In this document: positions 39,401 to 49,689 of the stretch, in pieces
Layout of the letters: every line of letters starts with the position of its first letter
Position numbering within the stretch: position 1 is the stretch's first letter
Assembly (NCBI GenBank): GCA_002269645.1
Contig: NIVC01000019.1
Location: 372,001-436,000, forward strand
Origin: Macrostomum lignano
Lineage: Eukaryota
DNA length: 64,000 nt
Direction: 5' to 3'
Translations under genes and position numbers: made by a program
Notes under the pieces: model-generated
Databases searched by the model: none
What the model was told of the DNA's origin: nothing
What the model saw: only the letters and a program-made list of their open reading frames with translations

Positions 39401-42400
39401 CGAAAAATCTCAAATGTCAATTTTCGTTTAAACTAGCAATCTACGCCCCCCGTTGGGGAGCCAAAGAAATGCAATACACGTTTTTTAATAAGCTACATGT
39501 ATCCTTGAAATCTTAAAAAATCTCCTGTCAAACCTTGTAAGCCTTGACATGTCAGTAATCCCCCCCACAAGCTTTAACATATCAACTTCCCCCCTTGACA
39601 TCTCAGCAATGCCCCCAATAAGCCTTTGGAAATCTAAAAATATCTGTCAACCTTCTAACCCTAACCCTAGCCTAACCCTAACCCTAACCCTAACCTAACC
39701 CTAACCCTAACCCTAACCCTAACCTAACCCGTCCCTAAAGCATTGAAATTTCAGTAATTCTCTCTAAGAGTCATAATAGCACTACTACAGCATTATAGCG
39801 ATTCCCTGCAAGCCTCGACATCGTAGGGATTCCCAAATTAATCTCTTAACTTCGACATGAAGCTTCTTTTATTTTTTACATTACGCTTTTTTCTATCAGC
39901 GATCCCTCCCCTGAGGAGGCATCAAATAATGTAATAAAAAGTTTTCAATAAACTACGTGTAGCTTCTGGCTTTAGCCTTGAAATCTCATTTATACCCCCG
40001 TGAGCCTTGACATCTCAGCTATTCCCCCCGTAAGCCTTGACATGTCAGCGATGGCCCTCATAAACCTTGAAATCTAAAAAATCCCCTGTTAACCTTGAAA
40101 CCCGATAAAATATAACCCTCAACCCAAACCTGACCTAAACCTAACTTTAACCCAACCTAAAGCCTTGAAATCTCAGCAATTCTTCTCCCCTAAGCCTTGG
40201 CATTTTAGTGTTTCCTTCTTTAAGAATCAAAGCACTATAACGATTTCCACCAAGCTTTGACATCGTAGCAATTCCCAAATGAATCTTTTAACTTCGACAT
40301 GACTTTTCTTTTATGTATACATAGTGCTACTTTTATTTTTTACATGACTCTTCTTCTATCAGCGCCCCCCGTGGCGAGCCAACAAAGAATGTAATAAAAA
40401 AATTGAGTAAAGTACATGAACTTTGAAGTAGCTTCTGACTTTTGCTTTGACATCTCAGAACCCCCCCCCGTAATCTCAGTTATTCTCTGAGAGCCTTTAC
40501 GTGTCAGTTTTTCTCCCCAGCACAGCATTATAGCTGCATTTAATTTTTACATGACACCCTTCATGTCTGACATGAGAAGTGACTCTATGACGACTCTAAG
40601 GCCACGAGATGTCGCGGTAAAAATTAGCACTAAAAAGTCGTCAACTCTAACAACTCTATTTAGTCTACCGTCGCATTGCAGTCGGTTGAGTTGCTAAAAA
40701 GTCACAAGAGAGTCGCCCCAGACTCGCTAGTAAGTTATTTGCGATCAGATTTATTGTCTATTACGAGATGCAAAATTGCCTATTGCGATTGGCAGGTACC
40801 ATTCAGTTCAGGAACTACTGTTCAGGAAGATCAGCGCTCACCTCAACCAATCCTGTCACAGAGCCCTCGGCCATGGAACCCCCGTGAAGCGAGCCTTCCG
40901 CCGTGAACGCAACGCCTGCAGAGGTGTCAGCGTCCTGGCTGAAGTCTTCCGGATTCGAGTCCGCTTTGCTTTGCCTGCCGTCTGAGGCATCCAGCGTAGA
41001 CCTCTGAGAACTTATTGACTGATTGGACAGCCTGACAGCCTGTGTGAAGCGGTATTTGTGTCAGACATGCAATCGCACCTAGGTAACAAATGAATTTCAA
41101 GAATAAAAAACTGAATTCTACTTGAATCAGAATTCCAACCTTGACTAGCAGTACAAGCTAGCTATTAGACACTACCGTGACCAGAAAACACTGCAGACAT
41201 GGAAGTGGCAAGTCACCAGAGCTTACGTGGCATCCTTAGTAAATGTGATATTTGAATCTACCGCCTCACTAATCAAAACACAAAAAAACAAACTCACCTG
41301 CTCAATATAGTACTCCAACTGTTGAGCCAGCGGCCCGTCTGTCTGAGTCTGCTGCTGCTGCTGCCCAGGCTGCTCGGGCTCCTGCACCTGGTCCAACAGA
41401 CGCTCGAGCCGGCTTAGCATGGCCTCGTCGCAGACCACCGGAGCATCCAGGCTGACGCCCGCAACCGTGGATGACAGGTCGGAGAACACCCGGTTGAGCT
41501 CGCTGAGTCGCTCGTCTAATCGACGCTCCCGTCGAAGCGATTCGGCGAGGCACTGCGCGATGGCGGCGGTTGCACCGGCGTTGGCGACCTCGGAGGCTGG
41601 CAAATCGGTCACGGAGGTGTCCTCGGAGCTGGCGGTGCTGCACACAGAGCCTGGTGCGAACGGCTGCTCCGGCGGTCGAACCGCTTCGGTGCCGTCCGGA
41701 TGGAACAGCTGGACGCGGGCAACGATGCTGTTGTGCGTCACCTGCGGCAAAATGAGTCAGCAACTGGGTTGTGCTACTTATAGTAGCCTATGGCTTTAGG
41801 TAATAAATAACTAGATTGGGCAAGAACTGCTAAAGGAAGGAGGCAGAAATCTCTATTGGCCGTAATATTTAGCGCGGCAGGTGAGAATTTTAGTGAACAT
41901 GACCCCCGATTTTTCAATAGAGGGCAGCTGACACCCTTGACCTCCCCTGGGTGGTTTCTTTATCGCAGTTAAACAATAATTGCAAATACCAGGGGGAGAC
42001 AGCGACATCTGAGTGTCAGGGGCACCCGTTTCGATTTGGGGCACCACTTTCGGTAGGGGGGCATCACTTTCGGTAGGGGGGGCACCACTTTCGGTAGGGG
42101 GGCACCACTTTCGGTAGGGGGGCACCACTTTAGGTAGGAGGGCAACACTTTCGGTGGGGGGGCACTACTTTCGGTGGGGGGCACCACTTTTGGTGACCGG
42201 GGAGCGATCTATAAAAGCATTCCCAATTTCCCATGACGCACCTGTTTAGTCGAGTCGACTACTTCAACGCCGAGCTGCAGGAGGTCGCCGCTGTACAGTG
42301 GCTCCGGCTTGCTGGCCTGGGTGCTGGGGCTGAGGCGGCGCCCATTAACAAATGTGCCATTAGCGCTACCAGCGTCAACAATAAAAAACCCGGCATCTTT

Positions 42401-42625
42401 ATAATAGATGCTGCCATGATCCCGGCTGAGGACTCGACAGTCGAATATTGCGTTGCCAGGCTCGGCGCGTTGCTTAGCAACTGCTCGGCCAATTTTAACA
42501 GTTAACGAATCGTCATCTAGTGTCAACCGGCGAGGCTCAAACGGTGACGATTTTGTACTCGGACAGAGGAGGATGACCGGATGTCCGGACGGCTGCTCGG
42601 ACAGCTCACCAGAGGTGACGCTCAT
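36449..42625 (-). CDS. SLMAP: SLMAP-like tail-anchored FHA/coiled-coil protein (STRIPAK component); exons 42625-42242, 41741-41298, 39280-36449; about 1219 aa
   Basis: FHA domain (VKIGRAVA...NAIFDCRVLSRDH...SANGTFVNG...LYSGDLLQLGVEV) splices in phase 0 to VTHNSIVARVQLFHPDG, matching SLMAP KVTHGCIV..KLFLPDG as remembered. Long Q/E/L coiled coil and a C-terminal hydrophobic tail (LMLAAAAVCGSAVVGIPLLSMLLRKRPF*). First in-frame ATG at 42625. Confidence 0.85.
37375..38160 (-). repeat. Coding 42-bp tandem repeat (14 aa, LEEQQKKLSEEHQQQ-type), about 18 copies, in SLMAP exon 3
   Basis: Direct; near-identical units in frame. Confidence 0.95.
39433..40565 (-). mobile_element. Non-autonomous Helitron-like element with internal telomeric repeats, copy A (SLMAP intron 2)
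   Basis: Read on the minus strand it ends GGCTCCCC-AACG-GGGGGC-GTAGATTG-CTAG|TT (GC hairpin plus CTAG). Reverse-complement homology to 53490-54590 and 55440-55571. (CCCTAA)n at about 39655-39730. Confidence 0.6.
39655..39730. repeat. Interstitial telomere-type (CCCTAA)n repeat
   Basis: About 11 imperfect CCCTAA/CCTAA units; degenerate tract also at 40115-40160. Confidence 0.9.
42040..42195. repeat. 20-bp G-rich minisatellite (GGGGGCACCACTTTCGGTAG), SLMAP intron 1
   Basis: Direct. Confidence 0.9.
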
Positions 42626-42818
42626 ATTGCTGTGCTGCTGGCTGGCTGAGCTCACCACAGTAGCCGCAGGCTCATTTGCAGCAAAGAGGAACCAGAACAG
42701 GTCCGATTCTAATCCAATTGAATACTAAATAGGCACTATTCCCAGAATTTGGTGAATTCCCAGAAAAACAACTAGATGTCACAGTACGAGTCACTAAAAA
42801 GTTGTCAAAGAGTTGTCT

Positions 42819-43172
42819 TGTGGTGTTTGTGCCACGGACATTAACCGACATTGTGTACTCTTGTGTTTTCTGTTATGTTTGTACCCCCCCTTGTCTGAAT
42901 CACTTCGTGCGTCTGGTTCCTCGTCTCTGTCTGTCTGTCTGTCTGTCTGTCTGCGTGTGACTCACCCCATTGTATCTTTCCACTGTCTATGTGAGTCCCA
43001 CTGCCTTCCCTCTACGAAGCTCAGGGCGCACCCACCCCAAATATACTCCTTAAAGGTGCCTCCCACTCTGCTTGGGAACGGCACTTCCTTTCCGGTGTCT
43101 CTGCGATTCTAAGCTCAGCAGAGCAAACTGAATTCGTGCAACAAGCCAGCCTTTGCCTTTAAAGTTATTACA
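42819..43172 (+). repeat. 5' LTR (354 bp)
   Basis: Differs from the 3' LTR at two positions seen by eye: C7 versus C6 run, and CTCAGGG versus CTCGGGG. Confidence 0.95.
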
Positions 43173-43189
43173 ATTTTGACGAGTTCCGC

Positions 43190-46100
43190 GCTGGGAGGCA
43201 TCCCAATTCTCTCCGCGAACACAGATATTGACGTATATCTGGAGAGACTGCAACATTACTTCATCTGCAGAGGTGAAGGAAGAGGCTAAGGTGGCTACAC
43301 TCGTCACAGCAATTGGCGAGGAAGCTTATTCAGTGCTGCGCAACCTCTGTCTTCCCAAAAAGATCGCAGACAAGTCATTCGATGAGCTAACGGAGATCCT
43401 GCGAAATCACTACGCTCCACAGCCATCCGAGCTGGCAGCCCGCTTTCGCTTCCAGCGTCGTCTGCAGCAGCCTGGTGAGACCTTCGCTGAGTTCATCGCC
43501 GGTCTGAAGGCCTTGTCGGCCCACTGCAACTTCGGCAACACTCTGGAGGAGCGGCTCCGCGACCAACTCGTCTTCGGCCTGCTAAGTGACGCCTTCCGAG
43601 TGAAGCTGCTGGAGGAGGTGAAGCCCACCTTTAAGTCTCTGCAGCAGAAAATCCTCTCCTTGGAGTCTGCAGAGAAGTCATCGCACGAGATGGCGCACAG
43701 AGCGGCAGCCCCTGTCGCTCAGCTGCATGCGCACGGCAACCAGCAGCACAAGCGCCGCGGAGCCGGGTCTTCCCATGGCGGCGGTGGGAGCGTATTTCAG
43801 CAGCGAGGCGGCGGAAAAAGCGGCAGTACCAGCAGCTTCGGCAAAAAAAAGGCGGCAATGCTGGCAGCAACAGCTACAGCGGCGCCTGCGGAAGCTGCGG
43901 CGGCGCCCACAGCCGCCAGCAGTGCAAGCTGCGGGACGCCAAGTGCCACGCCTGTGGCAAGACTGGCCACATCCGTAAGGTTTGCCGCTCGGCCAAGCTG
44001 CAACTCCTGCATGAGGATCCGCAATCGCCACCCGAGGCGACCGCCCAAATGCCAATCTTCGCCGTTCAGCCGTCTGGAAGCAACGCAGGCCCGACGGTGC
44101 AGCTGCAGGTTAACGGACAGCCGTGCCGATTCGTTATCGACACTGGATCTGCGGTCACTCTGATCCCGCAGAGCCTGCAGCAGAAGCTGTTGCCGCAGCT
44201 GCATCTGTCACCGTCCGCAGCTATCCTGCGCACCTTCACCAACGAGCGATTTCGCCCCATCGGCCAGGCGTCTGTCACCGTCCAGCTCGACGGTCAACAG
44301 CTGCAGCTCCCTCTGCTTGTCGTCACACAGGGCGACACTCCGTTGCTGGGGCGCGACTGGCTGGCCAGACTGCGGCTGAACTGGCCGAGCATCATGGCGC
44401 AGGTCCACTCCGTCTCTGCAGACGACGGCGTCGGGGACCTCATCAAGGAGTTCTCCTCTGTCTTCGAGGACGGCCTGGGAGATTTTCAGCATGGCCAAGT
44501 CCGGTTGCAGGTCACCGAAGGCGCGCAGCCACGGTTTTTCAAGGCCCGTCCCGTCCCCTACGCTCTGCGCGAACGTGTGGACGCCGAGCTGCAGCGCATG
44601 GAGGCCAGCGGAATCATCAAAGCGGTCAAGCACAGCGACTGGGCGGCACCCATTGTGCCAGTGGTGAAGAAGGACGGCAGCGTTAGGATCTGCGGTGACT
44701 ACAAGCTCACCTACAACGCGGCGAGCAAGCCGGAGCACTACCCGCTGCCACGCATCGAGGACCTCTTCGCCAAGCTCGGCGGTGGCTGCAAGTGGTCCAA
44801 GCTGGACCTGTCCAACGCCTTCCTGCAGCTGCCGCTGTCCGAAGACAGCAAGGCCTTCCTCACTATCAACACGCCAAGAGGACTTTTCCAGCTAAACCGC
44901 ATGCCTTTCGGCATCACCAGCGCCAGCGCAATCTTTCAGCGGACGCTGGACACCCTGCTGGGGGCCTCGACGCCGTCCAGGTCTTCGTCGACGACATCCT
45001 CGTCACAGGCGGCACGCTGCAGCAGCACAAAAAGAACCTGGCTCTAGTCCTGCATCGCCTGCAGGGCGCTGGCCTTCGTCTGAACAAAGACAAGTGCCAG
45101 TTCTTTAAGGACTCCGTCGAGTATCTGGGCCATCGCATCGACGCCAACGGCCTCAGTCCGCTGCCTGATCGAGTCTCCGCCGTCCAGGATGCGCCGGCTC
45201 CAAAAGATGTCAACCAGCTGCGCTCGTTTCTCGGCATGTTGGCACAGTATTGCAAGTTTCTGCCAAACTTGTCCACCGTGCTGGCACCACTCCACCAGCT
45301 CCTGGCCAAGAACACGCGCTGGACCTGGGAGCAGCCGCAGCAGCGGGCGTTTGACGAGGCGAAGCGATTGCTACTCCAGTCACCGGTGCTCGTGCACTAC
45401 AGCCCGGACCTGCCTCTACGCCTGGAGTGTGACGCCTCACCCTACGGCTTGGGCGTCGTGCTGACTCATCGCATCGGCAACAAGGACTGCGCAGTCGCCT
45501 TCGCCAGCCGCAGCCTAACGGCAGCTCAACGTGGCTACTCGCAGCTAGACAAGGAGGCGCTGGCCATCATGTTCGGCCTGCAGCGCTTCCACCAGTTTCT
45601 CTACGGCCGCCGGTTCACCATCGTCACCGACCACTTGTCGCTGCTGGGTCTGCTGGGCGAGCGCAAGGCCATCCCCGCGCACGCAGCCGCACGCATGCAG
45701 CGCTGGGCCATCCGCCTGGCGAGCTATGACTACTCGCTGGAGTTCCGGCCGACGGAGAAGCACGCCAACTGCGACTCACTCTCGCGGCTGCCGCTACCGC
45801 AGCTGTTTGAGGAGGAGGCGGCTGTCAATTCGCTGCTGCTCGACGAGGGCGTAGGGTCCGCCATCACAGCGCAAGCAGTCTCGCGGCACACCAGGACGGA
45901 CGCCACGCTGGGCCGCGTGCTGCGCTGTCTGCAGTCGGGTGCGTCCATCGAGGCCGATCTCATCGACTTCGCCCGCCGACAGTCCGAGCTGTCGGTTGAC
46001 GGTTGACCAGGGCTGTGTGCTCTGGGGCGCCAGGGTCGTAGTACCGACAGCGCTCCGACAGCAAGTGATGCAGGAGCTGCACCAAGCGCATCCCGGCATC

Positions 46101-47189
46101 AGCAGGATGCGTGCTCTTGCCCGCAGCTATGTCTGGTGGCCAGGCATCGACAGCGATCTGGAAGCTGCGGCCAAGGCCTGCCGCACCTGCCAGCTCAACC
46201 AGGCAGACCCGCCTAAGGCACCAGTACAGTCATGGCCATTCCCGACAGAGCCATGGGAGCGCCTGCATGTCGACTTCGCCGGGCCCGTCAACGGCTACGT
46301 GTACCTGGTGGTGGTGGACGCTCACAGCAAGTGGCCGGAGTTGCAGCAGATGCGCAGCGCGACGGCGACCTCCACCATCGCGAGCCTGCGAGAGATCTTC
46401 GCTCGCCAAGGCATCCCTCGCACGTTGGTGTCCGACAACGGGGCTCAGTTCGCCTCCGCCGAGTTCGCCGAGTTCACCAAGGCCAACGGCATTCGGCACA
46501 TCTTCTCGGCGCCGTTTCATCCTGCCACGAACGGCCAGACCGAGCGCTTTGTCCAGGTGCTCAAGCGGCACCTTCTCAAGAGCGGCCACTCCAACGCTGA
46601 GCTGCAGCGGCTGCTGCTCTCCTACCGCAACACCCCGCACAGCGTCAGCGGTGTCGCTCCCAGCCAGCTGCTCATAGGCCGGCGTCTCCGCTGCCGCCTG
46701 GATCTCCTGAAGCCTTCGCTGGCCAGCGATGTGCAGCAGCGACAGGAGCAGCTGCTACAGGAGCGGCGGCGCGCGCGCGAGTTCCTGCCAGGTGACCGCG
46801 TCCTCTTCCGCGACTACAGTGTTGGCGCGAGGGCCGGCGATTCGCCGCGCTGGGCGGAGGGCGTCATCGCGAGTGCTGGCAGCCGCAATTGCACCGTCGA
46901 CTCGGAGCAGGGGCTACACGTTCGGCACAACGACCAGCTGCTGGCTGCACCCGCCGCCGACACTAGCGTTCAGCCCGCCGATGTCAGCGAGCCGTCACCC
47001 GACGCTGGCCACACGGCACCTGGCGACACCCGCAACCAACAAGGCATCGACAGCACCACTGCCGCGGCTGATGTGCAGGCGGTGCCCAGCGGTGGTGCCA
47101 ATTCGGCGCACGAGACCCCCGGGCCTGCTGCTCCGCGGCGCTATCCGGCGCGCACGCGACGTCCACCGGAGAGACTTCAGATGCCGTGA
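43190..47189 (+). pseudogene. Disrupted gag-pol polyprotein of the Gypsy element
   Basis: Homology runs across ORFs 43228, 44049, 44792 and 45939 with frame changes at about 43272, 43843-43850 (A8), 44960-44964 (G5) and 45994-46007 (GGTTGAC duplication). No ATG at the expected gag start. Confidence 0.85.
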
Positions 47190-47214
47190 TGAGGAAGCTG
47201 ACTGAGGGGGGAGA

Positions 47215-47567
47215 TGTGGTGTTTGTGCCACGGACATTAACCGACATTGTGTACTCTTGTGTTTTCTGTTATGTTTGTACCCCCCTTGTCTGAATCACTT
47301 CGTGCGTCTGGTTCCTCGTCTCTGTCTGTCTGTCTGTCTGTCTGTCTGCGTGTGACTCACCCCATTGTATCTTTCCACTGTCTATGTGAGTCCCACTGCC
47401 TTCCCTCTACGAAGCTCGGGGCGCACCCACCCCAAATATACTCCTTAAAGGTGCCTCCCACTCTGCTTGGGAACGGCACTTCCTTTCCGGTGTCTCTGCG
47501 ATTCTAAGCTCAGCAGAGCAAACTGAATTCGTGCAACAAGCCAGCCTTTGCCTTTAAAGTTATTACA
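47215..47567 (+). repeat. 3' LTR (353 bp)
   Basis: See 5' LTR. Confidence 0.95.
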
Positions 47568-47693
47568 TGTCTAAAAGTCAATTTGAGGCGTTTTATTGTC
47601 TGTGACTCTGAACAACTCTGGTGTGACACAAGTGACTCAGGGGCGTCTCTATAATGACTCTGAGGCCATAGAGTTCTATTTAGAACTATTTTT

Positions 47694-47755
47694 TGTGTCC
47701 TTAAGCAAGACACTTAACTCTGTATTGCTTCAGTTCACCCAGCTGTAAAATGGGT
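47694..47755 (+). mobile_element. CORE-SINE-like domain fragment
   Basis: TGTGTCCTTAAGCAAGACACTTAAC...CTTCAGTTCACCCAGCTGTAAAATGGG aligns colinearly with the MIR/CORE consensus as remembered (TGTGACCTTGGGCAAGTCACTTAAC...CCTCAGTTTCCTCATCTGTAAAATGGG). Confidence 0.55.
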
Positions 47756-49570
47756 GCAGCATTAGCTGGGGTAATTGAGAGTGCATGTGGTGACCCCTGA
47801 GTCCTTGGACTGAACAGCCATATGTAGCCTTCAGATGTGGCGCACAATAGCTGTGGCTAAGTTATCGGTTGCACATCTGGCCCAATTGGGGCACATACAT
47901 GTAATCAATTATTATTTTATAATTTTTCATATCTAGATATTGTTAGTAGAAAGCTAAGCATTAAAAAAGCAACTTTTAACAAATTTTTACAACTTTTTTA
48001 AAATTCTGAAACTCACATGATGAGCTTGTGACTCAATAGTCACCTCTGTTGCATTGTAGTTGTTTGAGTCACTAAAAGTCATGAGGTCACCCTAGAATCA
48101 CTAGTAAATTGTTTGGAATTACTCTACCAATGCTTGTCCTAATGACATTTTAACAGAACCTTCTTCATGCAAAAAATTTATATCTTACTGACAAAACCTG
48201 ATTTAGCAAATAAAAAGGCCAGAATGGACAAAGCTAAAAAGTTAAACTCAAACTCTACTCAAAACCTATACAGAAACAAGTATGACCTAGATGAATGACT
48301 TTTAATTATATTAATTAAGTATATTAATTATTTCTATAATCTTAAGTTCTATAACTTTGCTAATATATAGAGATATTCTTTAGGCTAGCCACAAATAAAG
48401 CTTTACTTGAATGCCTAAGTTTCAATTTATTATGCAAATAAAATTTTATGTGGTTATAAAGGTTTCTATGCTCTATATGAATATATAAATAAATTCTCAT
48501 TAATTTAACTAGCCACTATAACTGCATCATGAATAGACTAAACAGTTAGTTCTATTATAAAAAAAGCTATTTTCAAAGATAATAGACCTTATGTCTTATG
48601 AGTATGTTTAAAAGAATATTGTATACTTTAGTGCCAGACACTTTATAATATCAAGTCAATATTGATAAGGAAAAATTCAAGAGAGGAATTAGAAGGGGGC
48701 AGCTACACATTTTTTGTACCCTTAAGCTAAGGCAAAGCTTTATTTTTCATCTCCTATTAAATGCATTTTTGCACCCTTAGCTTAAAAATTGATGCTTCTT
48801 ATACTCACGTTGGTGCCTTAGACTTAGAATACCCCCCTCTCAAAATGAATTTCTAGATCTGCCACTGGAATAATGTGCATATATTGAACTTTATATTGTT
48901 ATCTAAATCAAAGCTTATAGCTTAGGCCTATAATAATTGATTTGCCTAAAGTTTTATTTTGAATCTTTAGTCAATAATCTTATCTATATGATTATCCTAT
49001 GTGTCTGTGTGATAGTCCTATTGTAAGTTGTAGTCCTATATATGCAACATGTCCAACAAGTTTCTACTAATATAGTATTATAGTAATAAATATTAGATAT
49101 AAAAATCAGCCTATAATTAAATTTTAGGCCCTAATAGAGAAAATTAGTATATTAATAACTATATACTAAAAATGAAAATCTTGCTTGCTTGCTTGCTTGT
49201 AATCGATTAGAGAAAAAATGGCTTAACCGATTTTCATGAGACTTGCACTGTTCGATCAGAAATTTTCCCGTGACAGTACATGCATCGTGGCTAAGAAATT
49301 GCTTGATGCTAAAGGCATTAAATATTCGAAAAACATGCTTTTTTGCAAAGGTCAAGCAAACTTTTCGACTTGAAATGCATTGTAAGAATGCTAGAGAAAA
49401 AATTGACTGGTTGATTCTGATTCTGAAATAGATTGCATCATAACTGAATTGTAACTCCAACTTGAATTGCGTCACAGTATTGAAAATGCAGTGTGGATTG
49501 CGTAACCATATTGTCAACTTTAATTGAGACTGATACTTAAGTGCTACAATTTCATTTATAAATTCGATAA

Positions 49571-49640
49571 TAGCTAGCCTAGATGTGAACAGACTGGACT
49601 GCGAATGCAGCGACCTGGGTTCGAATCTTAGTAGTGAAAA
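49571..49640 (+). other. tRNA-like Pol III head (pseudo-tRNA or SINE head)
   Basis: A-box-like TAGCCTAGATG at 49575-49585 and B-box GGTTCGAATCT at 49618-49628, 43 nt apart. Acceptor stem not convincing. Confidence 0.4.
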
Positions 49641-49689
49641 GTTTTTTTATTAAAAGCTTTTATTAAAGGACAAATAAAGGACAAAAGGC

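Larger units (their letters stand above)
42819..47567 (+). mobile_element. Full-length Ty3/Gypsy LTR retrotransposon (Mag-like gag-pol), frameshifted
   Basis: LTRs 42819-43172 and 47215-47567 with TG...CA ends; 5-bp TSD TGTCT (42814-42818, 47568-47572); PPT GAGGGGGGAGA 47204-47214. Domain order gag, CCHC knuckle, PR (IDTGS), RT (FVDD), RNaseH (CDAS), IN (HHCC, DDE). Confidence 0.97.

Noticed and set aside
39655-39730. Telomeric repeat as a true chromosome end or fusion scar
   Set aside because: Short, degenerate, intronic and embedded in a dispersed element that recurs at 53490-55571.
42813-43112. Near-identical ORFs at 42813..43112 and 47247..47507
   Set aside because: They are translations of the two LTRs, not duplicated genes.
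44985-44997. RT active site FVDD instead of YxDD
   Set aside because: Phe at this position occurs in other retroelements and both catalytic Asp are intact. Not notable alone.
47900-49560. Short ORFs in AT-rich DNA (49152..49517, 49243..49431), and similarly at 55796-57932
   Set aside because: No splice-consistent chains, AT-rich composition unlike the real exons, and no motifs.
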